NCBI GenBank assembly: GCA_964016885.1
Contig: OZ024745.1
Span: forward strand, 90,706,001-90,770,000
DNA from: Eledone cirrhosa
Taxonomy: Eukaryota
DNA length: 64,000 nucleotides
Reading direction: 5' to 3'
A program made the position numbers and the translations under genes. Below are positions 50,816 through 64,000 of this stretch, piece by piece. The notes under the pieces were generated by a model. The model was not told where the DNA came from. It ran no database searches and saw only the letters and a program-made list of their open reading frames with translations. Every line of letters starts with the position of its first letter. Within the stretch, counting starts at the first letter, position 1.

Positions 50816-53800
50816 ATCATCATCATCATCGTTTAACGTCCATCATCCATGCTGGCATGGGTTTGGATGGGAGTGTTCCCACTTGAGGCAAGAGTGGTTG
50901 TCTTGCTCATATAGGACTGTCTGGCGGGTTTTCTACGGCTGGATGCCCTTCCTAACACCAACCACGTTTACAGTGTGGACTGGGAGGTTTTTACCGTGTT
51001 ACCTACACGGCCACATTACAGCATGGACTGTGTGTTTTTTTGTCGTGACACCTACACGACCTCATTTGTTTCGGACTGGATGTTGTGGTACCAACATAAC
51101 TTTATATTGAAAGGGGTGGTGTGGATGGGGTGGGGTAGTGGGAAGGGGTGTATTTTTGTTAGAGGTGCCTACTGACTGTAGTAGGTTTCACTTTGTACTT
51201 AGGTAAGGCGGGTCTTCTGTATTACTGTGTAGCGCCAAAGATCTCGGTCCAGTGACATTGTCTTGGAGAGGTGTAAGTGTGTGAGGTCGGAATTTATCAA
51301 GTCGTCCCAGGTTTTTCTGGGTCTGCCTACTCCGTGGCTACCGTCTATTTTTATTGTCCTGCACTTTTTTATACAGCTGTCGTTTTTCATGCGCATCACG
51401 TAACCATACCAATGTAGTCTTCTCTCAAGTAAACAACATCTGATCCCTCTTATTTCTAATTTTTCCCTTAGTTCGTTTATGCTTTGCCGTTCACGTATAT
51501 TACTATTACAAATCCAGCGGAGCATGCAAGCTTCGTTCCTCTCCAGTCTGCGTATATCCTCTGCACACAATACCCAGGTCTCACTGCCTTGTAACATTGC
51601 TGTTCGTATGCAGGCATCATACAGCCTGCCTTTCATTTTTAGAGAGAACCCTTTAGCGGCTAATAGTGGTATAAGCTCTCTGAACTTTTTCCATCCCGTT
51701 CTGACTCTAGCTACTGTACTTTCAGAGCACCCTCCACCACTGCTGATATTGTCACCCAAGTAACGGAAGCTGTCCACTATTTCTATAGAACCATCTGTGC
51801 AATGGAATGATCTAGTATTCTGTGGGCACTTGCTGCTACTTATTGCACCAGAGCACCGGCCGCATATAAAATCTATGTTCTTAGTTAGCTTACCTGTGAT
51901 CCCACTACATCTTTTATGCACCCATACTTTGCATTTGAGACATAAAATGGAGTTTCTACCTACTCCTTTCCTACACATTGAGCATGGCCATTTCCCGGAT
52001 GGAACCGGTGCCCTATTTTCCTTCCTACAAACTAGAACTTTAGTCTTAGACAGGTTAATTTTAAGGCCTTTTGATTCTAGGCCATGCTTCCATGTTTGGA
52101 ATTTCTTCTCTAATTCAGCCATTCATTCAGCTATGAGCGTTAGAACGGAGCCCTGATGAACACCAACTTTTATGCTAAACTCTTCACTATATTCATTGTT
52201 AATTCTAACCTTGCTGACTGTTTCTTTATACATGGCTTGTATAGCTGTCAAAAGCCATTCATCAACACCTAGTTTTCTAAGAGCCCACCAGATAATGGAA
52301 CGGGGGACTCTGTCAAAGGCTTTCTCCAAGTCAACAAAAGCTAAGTATAGGGGTTTACTTTTAGCCAGGTACTTCTCCTGTAGTTGTCGTACAATGAAAA
52401 GAGCGTCTATGGTACTTTTACCTGACACAAACCCGAACTGCATTTCATCTAGATCAATTCGCTCTCTGATTAGTTGCGCTATTACTTTTTCTGTGACCTT
52501 TATGACCTGGTCGATTAATTTAATGCCTCTATAGTTACCCCTATCTAGGGCATCTCCTTTACCCTTGTAACAGTTAATAATGATGCTGCTACGCCAGTCC
52601 TTCGGAACAACCCCATTCTGTATGACTTGGTTTATTATCCGGGTGACCATGGTGTGTCCCACCGTTCCAGAAGCTTTCAGCATTTCAGCAACTATTTCCG
52701 AAGGCCCAGCCACCTTACCCGTCTTCATATCTTTGATTGCCTTACTTATTATACTACCTTCGACTAACACTGCTGGTCCCTCTATTGGATCGATGTGGGG
52801 GAGACTGTCTTTCTCCCATTTATTCTCCTCATTTAGTAGCCTTTCGTAGTGACACTTCCAAGCTACCTTCTTATCAGCGTCAGTGATGGCAAGTACACCA
52901 TCATCATTAAGGACACACTTCTCCCCGACAATATCACGGTTTTCCTTGACACATTGCCTAGCAATCCTGAACACCTCACGTTTTTGGTCCTCGCGTTGTA
53001 GAACATGCTTGAACTTTCTTTCCTCTGCTTCCCTTCTTGCGAAGTACACTTGTCTCCTAGCTTCCCTCCTGGCCACTTGATAGTCTTCTCTACTTCCCCC
53101 ATCCCGTCATACTTTCCAAGCCTGCTTGTTGGCCTTAATTGACTCCTCCACCTTACTGTTCCACCACCTTGTTACTCTCCTCCTGCCTATAGGCCTGCTC
53201 CAGCCACAGACTTCGTCTGCCGCCATCAGTAGGTTTGCTTTCAGGAATTCCCACTGTTCCTCTATATTGTACGACTCTAATTGCTCTTCCTTACTGTCAA
53301 AAGCATAAAGTAATATGCTTTTAAATTTATTACTGGCTGTGGGGTCCTTTAGCTTCCATATTTTTCTCCTGAGGATAGTCCTCTTCTGTTGACGAGTATG
53401 TCTCGTCCTGACTATGAGGTCGCTAATTATCAGTCTATGTTTGGAGGTGCATTCTTCATGGGGGAGGGATTTAGTGTTTACAACAGACACTCTGTCACGT
53501 CTTCTGGTAAGAATATAATCTACCTGGCTGGTATGTTCCCCTGATTTGTAGGTGATCAAGTGATTGTCTCGTTTTTTGAAGTTAGTGTTACAGATATATT
53601 TCTTTATTAGCCACAGGGGCACAGTGTTACAGATAGTTAGGTTATTTGCGTCACAGAATTCCAGGATTCTGGAGCCTTCCTCATTTCTAGTACCAAACCC
53701 ATAGCCTCCATGGATTCCGTCATAGCCGTCACAATGTTGTCCAACGTGACCATTTAGGTCGCCAGCAATAATTATATAGTCACTGTCGGTTATTTGGGAG

Positions 53801-54300
53801 GTAGTGAGCATCAGTGTCTCATAGAATCTGTCTTTTATAGCGCCAGGCAGTCCGGATTGGAGTGCGTACGCAGATATTACTGTCACAGTAGTTCTATTTA
53901 GAACAAGTCTTATTTTAATTATTCTGTCATTTACTCTATTTACGTCTATTATCTTATCCACCCATTTTTCTGCTAACATGATTCCTACCCCACCCAGCCC
54001 ATTGTCATTTCCCACCCAGAAAAGCTTATAGCATCGTTTTTTACCCACAATGAATCTAGCAGACCCGCCCCTCTTGGATACAGCAAACATCAACCTCCTT
54101 ACGTTCAAGCATATCTACAACCTCGTTAGAGCGGCCTTTTAAGGTGCCTACATTCATGGTACCAACTCTGAAGTTTTGGATTGCGTTTAGTGGGTGGGGC
54201 GGGGGGAGGGGATGGGTTGGGTTATGTTGGCCACCCGCGGCCGAAACAAAGAGGAGGAGTCCTTGCCCTTTCGTCCGGCAGCATGAGGTGAATTTGTCGT
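50816..54300 (-). mobile_element. RTE-clade LINE copy 2, near full length, YADD deleted
   Basis: ORFs 53107-54108 (APE), 52123-53076 (RT) and 51199-52122; ~89-nt deletion removing YADD at ~52144; (GAT)n tail at 50816. Confidence 0.93.
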
Positions 54301-54790
54301 TATATATATATATAAAATAAAATAAAATATATAAGTCAAATGTTTAAAATTTGGCTTCGTTTATTACTGCTATATATATTTAAACTCAAAATTTATATAT
54401 ATATATATACAATTAATTATTGAGAGGGCATGCGGTATCTTTGCACTGAATTAATAAAAAGTTGGTTAGAAGCGAAGTCAATGCAGCCAGACAGACAGAT
54501 ATTAGAAGCATGCGACGTTATAGCTATGTATCCATCTAAAAAGACAGAGTAAGAAAAGGAGAGGAATGTCGTATAACCAGAAGTGTTGACATTTGAAAAT
54601 TTTAAAGAAGTGAATATTTAAATAAACAATAAAATATCTTTAATCTTTTAACGAAATTTAGAAGGCAAAAATACCCTTACTTTCTTACTTGGAAAAAGTT
54701 ACATCTATGGTGCAAATTTGGTGCTTTTTGGTCCAGCTATTTGGCGAAAAGTTTGTTACATACATACGGCCGTCAGCTTTATAATTTAGA

Positions 54791-55110
54791 TACATCATAT
54801 AGAGTTTCTACCTACACCTTTTCAACATGCCAAGCAAAGCCACTTCCTCGGAGAGATTAAGGTCTTGTCTCATTTCTTACTCACTAAGACTTCAGTTTTT
54901 CCCCATGTTTACTCAAAGCCCTTTTGATTCTAATCTCTGTTTCCAAAGCTAGAATTTCTTCTCTAACTCTTCCATGAATTCAGCTACTATGAGAAGCAAG
55001 TCATCTGCATATAGAAGTTCAGATGGATAGCCAGTCTTAAACCCCTCTGTTATGGCCTGGAGAATTATAACAAACAAGATTGTGCTGAGGACTGAACCTG
55101 ATGGACAGAC
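54791..55110 (-). mobile_element. old RTE remnant, 5' part
   Basis: GSVLSTILFVIILQAITEGFKTGYPSELLYADDL... Confidence 0.8.
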
Positions 55111-55192
55111 ACGGACATGGGGACACACAGACATGGACACACACAATTCTGTTTACCAATGCACTATTATAACAGACTATTATGAAAACTTA

Positions 55193-55519
<327 letters not shown>

Positions 55520-58500
55520 ACAAATAATAATAATAACAACATATCACAAACAATGAAACTGTTTTTTTTTATTACCATAGTTCTAATACTGTTTTCTTGG
55601 TATGTTTCTGTTGTAATTGTTGCTATTGTTGTGTAGTCCCAGGTGAGACCCGACCAAACAACTGCTCACATCTGTAGTTAGCCAAATTAATAAGAGTAAT
55701 CCTTTGGCCTATTCTTTTGATTCCAAGTATATCAACCATGCTTCAACTTTACTAGATTCCAACATGCATTGGTTAATTGTATAGGATACAGTATAGCAGC
55801 CAAAACATGTACTCCCAGGTCTTGAATAATACACCACTACCCCCCCCCCCGCATTATTTGGGGGGGGGGGGGGTCTATTTCTATAGACCAGTAAATTCTG
55901 ATATTAGTCACAGCGTATATTCGGAAGGAGTAGATATATCCAACACACTGGATTATTCAGTTTGGTCTGAGAGATTATCACAAACTGTCATTCAATGATA
56001 ACAGATAAAGTCAACTTATATTGTTAATTATCTTTCTAACTAATCACATATTCAAAATATACAACATCTTGTGAGTAATTTGCATAACCTTCCATCATCT
56101 CACATAATCATTAAAGTTCCCTTAATCTGTTGACTGCCGCATATATTTTACACAGCTACAGTTGCTGTGCTGGTTTTTTTGTTGTTGGTTTTTTTCAGTA
56201 AAATGACTATTTTTTTAAACAAACATTTATTAACAACACATATCTGAATGATTGACAAACGTCACATCAATAAACAAGTAACTCCATCTAGCTTTGAAGT
56301 TATGAACTTTTGGAAACGATTTCATAACTTTGATGTTATGAACTGTTGTAAAAGAGTTCAAATGTGTTAGGACGTGTTATCTCGTCCGTGGCACTGGAAT
56401 GCATACATGTTAGGACAATTTATTTCGACTACAGTACTGAAAGGGTTAATCAGTCCTAACTACTATTTCATACTTTTTAACAAAATAACTAAATGCCACA
56501 AACAGCTATTTTACTTATAAAGTACTTATAAGTGATTCTCACAATACACTTCAGTTATAATACCCTTTCAAAATAACTCTACATCTATCTTTTCCAAACT
56601 CTATCATGACAACTATTAAGTATAACATACATGTAATAATAATCTAATAATAATTCTACTATTATAGCCATGTAGTATAACACCCATGTAGTATATGGCC
56701 CTGTTTCTCTGTATTGGGTGTATTCAGTATATTTTTTTATATGGAAGGAATGAGTTTGTGTGATGTCTTTCTCCAGGATATTAGCAGCATTAACATGTGG
56801 GTTAACTTCAACCTGGAATTGACAGTTCATGGACTCGGCTCAGCATGAACTTCTTGCAACCAATTATTTACAGGCTCATAGGTTTTAAATTTATAGAAGA
56901 TAGAAAAATGAGATGTGGTAGCAATGCATTTATCAAGAACATAAACTGCACCAAATGAAGAGAAAATAAATAATGTTAACAAGAGAAAATAAGTTGCTGA
57001 ATGAGCTTGCCAGGAGTTTACCATTATTCCATAGATTTAGCCAAGACCTTTTAATTTATGAAAAGAGCACCCATGCTACCATCTAACGCATGCTTGTGTG
57101 GAAAACAGACAAACGATGATGATGACAACTTTTTCTTTCTTTTTTTGTTTAATGATAGAGAAAGAATAGAGATGCATTGTTGTCAATGTTTAGAATTACA
57201 AATAAAAAAAATATTCTATGACTAAAAAAATAAAAATATAATATATAAAAATTAAAGATATTAAAAATTAATATTATTTCAGTCTATCCTTTTAACAAAG
57301 AGTAAAAAAAAATTGTAGCTAAAATTTCACAAATCAAACAAGGAAGAAATATTCACCTTTCATTTCCAATAATTTCCCCTCATGAAAATACTTTAAATAT
57401 TTTAGGTACATCCAGAAATTCGTTTAATTCTCATCTTAGAAAATAATTTGATCATGTATATTTTCAGAAATATCTTTCTCTAATTTAAATATCATTTTCT
57501 TGTTTTGTCATTTATTTTGTATTTTGTTATTTGTTGCTGCATTTCCCCCCCCCCCTCCCCCCCTAGTTCTATCTTATTTTATTGTGAAATTAAAGCAATA
57601 AAGTCATTACAAGTATAGAGAACCTTTGTAATTGTGGATATCAAATTTCTGTGTAACTCTGACTCAAACTATTGTCGCTACTTAGAAAGAGAAATAAAGT
57701 GCAGCTTATGACATCATTACAAGAGTTCATAGTAGACAAATAAGCATTTTCATCACTCCCCGAAGTAGGAACAAATTTCAAAAGTCAAGTAGTAGCTAAT
57801 GAGAAAATGAAAAATCGGTTTGTCTCTTTCTCTCCATTGTTTTCCACTGGCTCACTCTTTCTTTATCTGATACATTCATTGCTGTAGGCAACTATGTGTG
57901 AGAAAGACAAGAAGAGAGACTAAGAGAGAAGTAAGTAGAAATGTAGGAGATTAGAGAGAAAAACAAAGAATATACCAAATGTATTTGATAGTTGAGCTCC
58001 ATTTGTAACAGATATAGTAGACATTCATAAGTATACACTCATATATTACATACTCACTCATATAATATATACATACTCATATTATATACACACTAATATA
58101 TTATGAGTATTACACACTCATATATTACACACTCATATATTATACATACTCATATATTATGCATACTCATATATTATATACACACTGGTACACATCAATA
58201 GCAAGGGGGACATAATTAGATGTTTTCTTGTTTTATTAGTTAAGTGTAAAGGCAGTAACCATTCCAAATTAAACTGAATTAAATATTTATGCATATTTAA
58301 CAACAATACATGAGAACTAAAGAACTTTGAAAAATCCAGAACAATATTTTCAGCTTCCTCAAAACGTTGGAAGACCAACTAATATTTGAGTCAAAAGATT
58401 TTGCTCTCCTGATTTCACTTCCAAAAATCTGATAACTTAACTAGCTTTGTTAAACAGTGCTGTATTCTATGGTTAATAATAACTTATATAGTGGCTTTTA

Positions 58501-58794
58501 TTTATTTTGAAACTATAAACTAAGTTAAATGAATAAACATTCTTGTCTCTGATCGAAATGAAGCAAGAGTATATTTGAATTCATAGAAAATTGGAAAAAC
58601 TCATCGCTAGAACCACTGTTAAAACAGCCAAATGCTGTCAATGACAGCAATGGGTAAAAATGCCTCAAAGGACAGAGACCAACAGCCAGTGGTTGACAAA
58701 GAGACAATCCATGATGGGTGTGACAGGCAGATGAAATATACTAAAGATTGGGAGAGAAGGAGGACGAGTATTTTTGAACAATGATTCCAGTTGT

Positions 58795-59140
58795 TGCCAT
58801 AATGTATTGGTAATGAGTGTGAACTGGTAGGATGAGAAAGGAGATCAGAGCTGGATTATAATGTATTGGTAATGAGTGTGAACTGGTAGGATGAGAAAGA
58901 TCAAGACTGGATTATAATGTATTGGTAATGAGTGTGAACTGGTAGGATGAGAAAGGAGATCAGAGCTGGATTATAATGTATTGGTAATGAGTGTGAACTG
59001 GTAGGATGAGAAAGATCAAGACTGGATTATAATGTATTGGTAATGAGTGTGAACTGGTAGGATGAGAAAGATCAAGACTGGATTATAATGTATTGGTAAT
59101 GAGTGGAAACTGGTAGGATGAGAGAGGAGATCAGGACTGG
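58795..59140. repeat. 56-60-bp tandem repeat (~6 copies)
   Basis: ggattataatgtattggtaatgagtgtgaactggtaggatgagaaag(ga)gatca.. Confidence 0.92.
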
Positions 59141-59424
59141 GTAAAAAAAATGAAAAAGATACAAAATACCTGCTGGATATAAAATTGTACCAAGTTTGAG
59201 CTCATCTTTTGATGCAATTGATGAAAGCAAGCTCAGGAGTTTCAATCCAGAAGGAAATAGAAATCAATTTAAGAGAGGCTTGTTGTCCTCCTACACTTTG
59301 TTACAAAATCATTATCTGGTCACAGAATAATGTGTAGGAGTTTTTTTCTAAGTCATTGACTATAACAAATTATAAACTTAGAGAGCACAAATAGTAAGTA
59401 AATTGATTTATAATGATAAAGTTA

Positions 59425-59616
<192 letters not shown>

Positions 59617-60730
59617 TTAAAATAAAAAAAACATCATTATCCTTGTCGTTGTTATCGTCATTACCAGGAAATGTTACACTAGAGGTGTCATGCTGGCTTT
59701 TCTGGATAGGAAATTTTTAAAGGCAGATTAAATGGGAAGTGATAACCCCACCACCACCACCATAGCATTAGCAACCTAAGTGAAAATAGAATGGATCATT
59801 ACAGTCAGAATGAAGATCAAGGATCATATCTTGCTTGTAGATTACATTGAAATAAATAGCATTATTTAGTTTCCTAGCATCTATGACAACATTAGTGTTG
59901 TGGTCCAGTGTTCCTATCCAACAGAACAATTATTTCTGAAAAATTCTTCGTTCATAATAGTTGAATAAAGTATATTCCACAAAGTAAAGATTACTAGTCA
60001 ATACTAGGATCCTCTATTTAACCATTTGAGCAGTAAGAAATTGCATTTGACTGTCTTCAAATTGGAAGGACACATTGGATAATGTGGTGGTAAGAAACTC
60101 TCAGGAGAGCTGGACAGCAGAAGGTTTCCAGAGAAGAAACCCTCACTCAGTGAGTGTTTCAGCCCTTAACTTCTGAAAGGAAATAAGACATGGTCAAGTC
60201 TGGCCTTTGATCATAGGTCTGAATGATCAGGACTGATCTTGAAGTAAACAATAAAACTCTTGACACTACACACAAAAATGGAGTTTCGAAATTTCAATCA
60301 CCTAACAAAATTCCAGGTCATAACAATATGGGAGATAACTCGTGAGTTCCTAACTATATATGATTAATGAAGCTATCTTATATAATTTCACTAACATCTG
60401 TTTTCTACGTAACTATTTGATCCTGAAAAGTAGTTCGACCTACTAGAAATTGCAGCTAAACTCCTTCAAATTATACCTGCCTGCAATAGCAAAGGGAAGG
60501 ACACATATGTGAATGTAGTCCTATATAACAATAAAAAGATATAGTAATGCCTAAAACACCTTTCAAAATAGGTCAGCTCAATCAGGGATGAGCTGGAGTT
60601 AAAAACAACTTTACTATTTTGTAATATATATATATATATATATATATAAACATAAATTATCGAGATTCACATTTCGGCCCACGAAATAACGAAAAACAAC
60701 CTCCGAGAGATATATATATATATATATATA

Positions 60731-62620
60731 AGGGGTCGTTCCGAAGGACTGGCGTAGCAGCATCATCGTTAACTGCTACAAGGGTAAAGGAGATGCCCTA
60801 GATAGGGGAAACTATAGAGGCATTAAATTAATTGACCAGGTCATGAAGGTCACAGAAAAAGTAATAGCGCAACTAATCAGAGAGCGAATTGATCTAGATG
60901 AAATGCAGTTCGGGTTTGTGTCAGGTAAAAGTACCACAGACGCTCTTTTCATTGTACGACAACTACAGGAGAAGAACCTAGCTAAAAGTAAACCCCTATA
61001 CTTAGCTTTTGTTGACTTGGAGAAAGCCTTTGACAGAGTACCCGCTCCATTATCTGGTGGGCTCTTAGAAAACTAGGTGTTGATGAATGGCTTGTGAGAG
61101 CTATACAAGCCATGTATAAAGAAACAGTCAGCAAGGTTAGAATTAACAACGAATATAGTGAAGAGTTTAGCGTAAAAGTTGGTGTTCATCAGGGCTCCGT
61201 CCTTAGCCCCTACTATTTATTATTGCCCTTCAGGTTATAACAGAGGAGTTCAAGACCGGCTGCCCATGGGAACTCCTATGCGCAGATGATCTAACGCTCA
61301 TAGCTGAATCAATGGCTGAACTAGAGAAGAAATTCCAAATATGGAAGCATGGCCTAGAATCAAAAGGCCTTAAAATTAACCTCTCTGAGACTAAAGTTCT
61401 AGTTTGTAGGAAGGAAAATAGGGCACTGGTCCGATCTGGGAAATGGCCATGCTCAGTGTGTAGGAAAGGAGTAGGTAGAAACTCCATTTTATGTCCCAAA
61501 TGCAAAGTATGGGTGCATAAAAGATGTAGTGGGATCACAGGTAAGCTAACTAAGAATATAGATTTTATATGTGGCCGGTGCTCAGGTGCAATAAGTAGCA
61601 GCAAGTGCCCACAGAATACTAGCTCATTCAATTGCACAGATGGTTCTATAGAAATAGTGGACAGCTTCCGTTACCTGGGTGACAAAATCAGCAGTGGTGG
61701 AGGGTGTTCTGAAAGTACAGTAGCTAGAGTCAGAACGGGATGGAAAAAGTTCAGAGAGCTTATACCACTATTGGCCGCTAAAGGGTTCTCTATAAAAATG
61801 AAAGGCAGGCTGTATGATGCCTGCATACGAACAGCAATGTTACATGGCATTGAGACATGGGCATTGTGTGCAGAGGATATACGCAGACTGGAGAGGAACG
61901 AAACTTGCATGCTCCGTTGGATGTGTAATAGTAATATACGTGAACGGCAAAGCATAAATGAACTAAGGGAGAAATTAGGAATAAGAGGAATCAGATGTTG
62001 TTTACTCGAGAGAAGACTACGTTAGTATGGTCACGTGATGCGCACGAAAGACGACAGCTGTATAAAAAAGTGCAGGGCGATAAAAATAGACGGTAGCCAC
62101 GGAGTAGGCAGACCCAGAAAAACCTGGGATGACTTGATAAATTCCGACCTCACACACTTACACCTCTCCAAGACAATGTCACTGGACCAAGATCTTTGGC
62201 GCTACACAGTAATACAGAAGACCTGCCTTGCCTAAGTACAAAGCGAAACCTACAGTCAGTAGGCACCTCTAACAAAAATACACCCCCGTCCCACCACCCA
62301 CACCCTATCCACACCACCCCTTTCGATGCAAAGTTATGTTGGTAACACAACATTCAGTCCGAACTAAATGAGGTCATGTAGGTGTCACGACAAAAAAAAA
62401 ACACACAGTCCACGCTGTAATGTGGCCATGTAGGTACCACGGTAGAAACCTCCCAGTCCACACTGTAAACCTGGTTGGTGTTAGGAAGGGCATCCAGCCA
62501 TAGAAAACCCGCCAGACAGTCCTATGCGAGCAAGACAACCAATCTTGCCTCAAGTGGGAAAATTCCCGTCCAAACCCATGCAAGCGTGGAAGATGGACGT
62601 TAAACAATGATGATGATGAT
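60731..62620 (+). mobile_element. RTE-clade LINE copy 3, 5'-truncated
   Basis: RT from GVVPKDWRSS to the 3' UTR and (GAT)n; YADD mutated to CADD; very similar to copy 2; TA runs on both sides. Confidence 0.93.
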
Positions 62621-62631
62621 ATATATATATA

Positions 62632-63801
62632 TCATAATCTATAAAGCTCAGTGTGTGGTCATGCTCCTTTCTTATAGAAATCTACGATATAGAATTTCTT
62701 CAATTGAAATTTACAATTCAGTATTTGAAATAGCATCGATTGCGTCTTGGCACATCTAATTTTTTTCAATTTCACCCACAATTACGCAAAAAAATAGATA
62801 AAACTCAATATTTTACGATTTTCCTCTGTCATTTAAACTGCTAAACTCTTTCCACTACCATTCAAAATCTATACAACTTCATACTTTCTGCTACTTTCTC
62901 TTTCCAAGCTTGATGGTGATACTGTCCGTTTTACTCTTTCATATCATCTGACAACATGTGTGATTGCCGAAGAGAGAGTAGAGAGTGAGAGGGAGAGAGG
63001 GAGAGAGATAGAGAACGTTTATTATTACATAAAGTACCAGTAATGTACTGGGTAATTGCTGGGCTTGTGCCAAAAAAGTAGAAACAATTATTACATTTCA
63101 TACGAAACGACAATTATTCAAAATGTATCAACAGATACATTTATTCAACAACAAGCGATAAATCTTTTTTAAAACCTCTTTTCCAAACGCATACAAACAC
63201 ACACTCACTTCAACAAAAACAACAATCTGCCTTTTATAGATAATGATAAACAATAATATCCTCTATGAGGTCACTAAACCTGCTAGAAACATCAGCTAAC
63301 TCTCCCCCATATCACACCCCTCCCTACTGTCTTAAATTTAGAAAACATATCTTCTATGAGGTCACTAAACCTGCTAGAAACAGCAGCTAACTCTCCCCCA
63401 TATCACACCCCTCCCTACTGTCTTAAATTTAGAAAACATATCTTCTATGAGGTCACTAAACCTGCTAGAAACAACAGCTAACTCTCCCCCATATCACACC
63501 ACTCCCTACTGTCTTAAATTTAGAAAACACACAGACAACCATGCAGAACAACTCCATCGCAGCTCTGTTGTTCGGCTGGCATCGTCTACGCGCGTGTTGC
63601 GCAAGTACTGTGAAACAATAAATTTCAACACTTTTTTGCACAGAGATAATATCCATAGGCGAAACTACAATTGTCACTGCTGGCGCAGCTCCTGCTTCCA
63701 GGTCTGCAATTCATTCACAAAAAAGTGCTGCCATAAAATGGGTGGTGCAACCTCACTTTGGTAACTTAATGACCCCGAGCAACGCCGGGCTTTAATGCTA
63801 A
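62632..63801 (+). mobile_element. non-autonomous Helitron (~1.17 kb)
   Basis: A|TCataatctataaagctcag 5' end; 3' hairpin cccgagcaacgccggg followed by CTAA|T; lies in a TA tract. Confidence 0.7.
63262..63527. repeat. 91-bp tandem repeat x3
   Basis: tctatgaggtcactaaacctgctagaaac...tttagaaaaca; the unit resembles part of the dispersed (AAC)-tailed repeat at 19060. Confidence 0.9.
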
Positions 63802-64000
63802 TATATATATATATTCATTCATTCATTCATTTCATTTTATGTCCGCTTTTTCCCTGCTTGCAAGGGTGGGACGGGAACTGATTTTGGCTTGATTTCTACA
63901 GCTGGATGCCCTTCCTAACACCAACCTCATTTACAGTGAGTGCTGGGTGCTTTTTTGCCATGGCACCTCCACGACCACTTTGTAGTGGAATGATATGGAC

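Larger units (their letters stand above)
45642..54790 (-). mobile_element. non-autonomous Helitron, 9149 bp including nested insertions
   Basis: minus strand A|TCtaaattataaagctg...ggCTAG|T, no TSD, GC hairpin at the 3' end, internal Pif1 helicase remnant, flanks rejoin into one RTE remnant. Confidence 0.88.

Noticed and set aside
52135-52155. YADD-removing deletion in RTE copy 2 as a splicing event
   Set aside because: The missing ~89 nt (equivalent to 61201-61289) cannot be placed with GT..AG ends; treated as an ordinary deletion
56122-56449. Additional TTAA-type MITE
   Set aside because: The right end aagggttaa fits, but the left end matches too poorly to support boundaries

Overview
Eukaryotic, AT-rich, microsatellite-laden genomic DNA; the repeat content suggests an octopod cephalopod (inference). 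The window lies inside one large minus-strand gene for a STE20-family kinase of the SLK/STK10(LOK)/Slik type. Eight exons were found by eye with GT-AG boundaries and consistent phases (1773 nt, 591 codons: kinase C-lobe, acidic linker, start of the coiled-coil region); both gene ends appear to lie outside the window. The introns are packed with transposons: a full-length but broken Tx1-clade LINE, two R4/Dong-like and one CRE-like fragment, three young RTE LINEs plus old RTE remnants, tRNA-derived SINEs, hAT/piggyBac/Tc-mariner MITEs, a decayed mariner, two Helitrons and several minisatellites. Main observations: (1) a precisely bounded 9.15-kb Helitron holding a deleted RepHel remnant, a ~655-bp zero-spacer palindrome with a perfect apex, a 29-bp inverted repeat pair and two tail-to-tail RTE LINEs; (2) an RTE copy missing exactly a GT..AG segment; (3) SINE, R4/Dong and Tx1 elements stacked in (ATT)n tracts, with evidence that the Tx1 family mobilises the SINE; (4) inverted LINEs flanking two exons that could circularise into a stop-free frame. 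No prokaryotic system or CRISPR array is present. All alignments were done by eye; identity figures are approximate.
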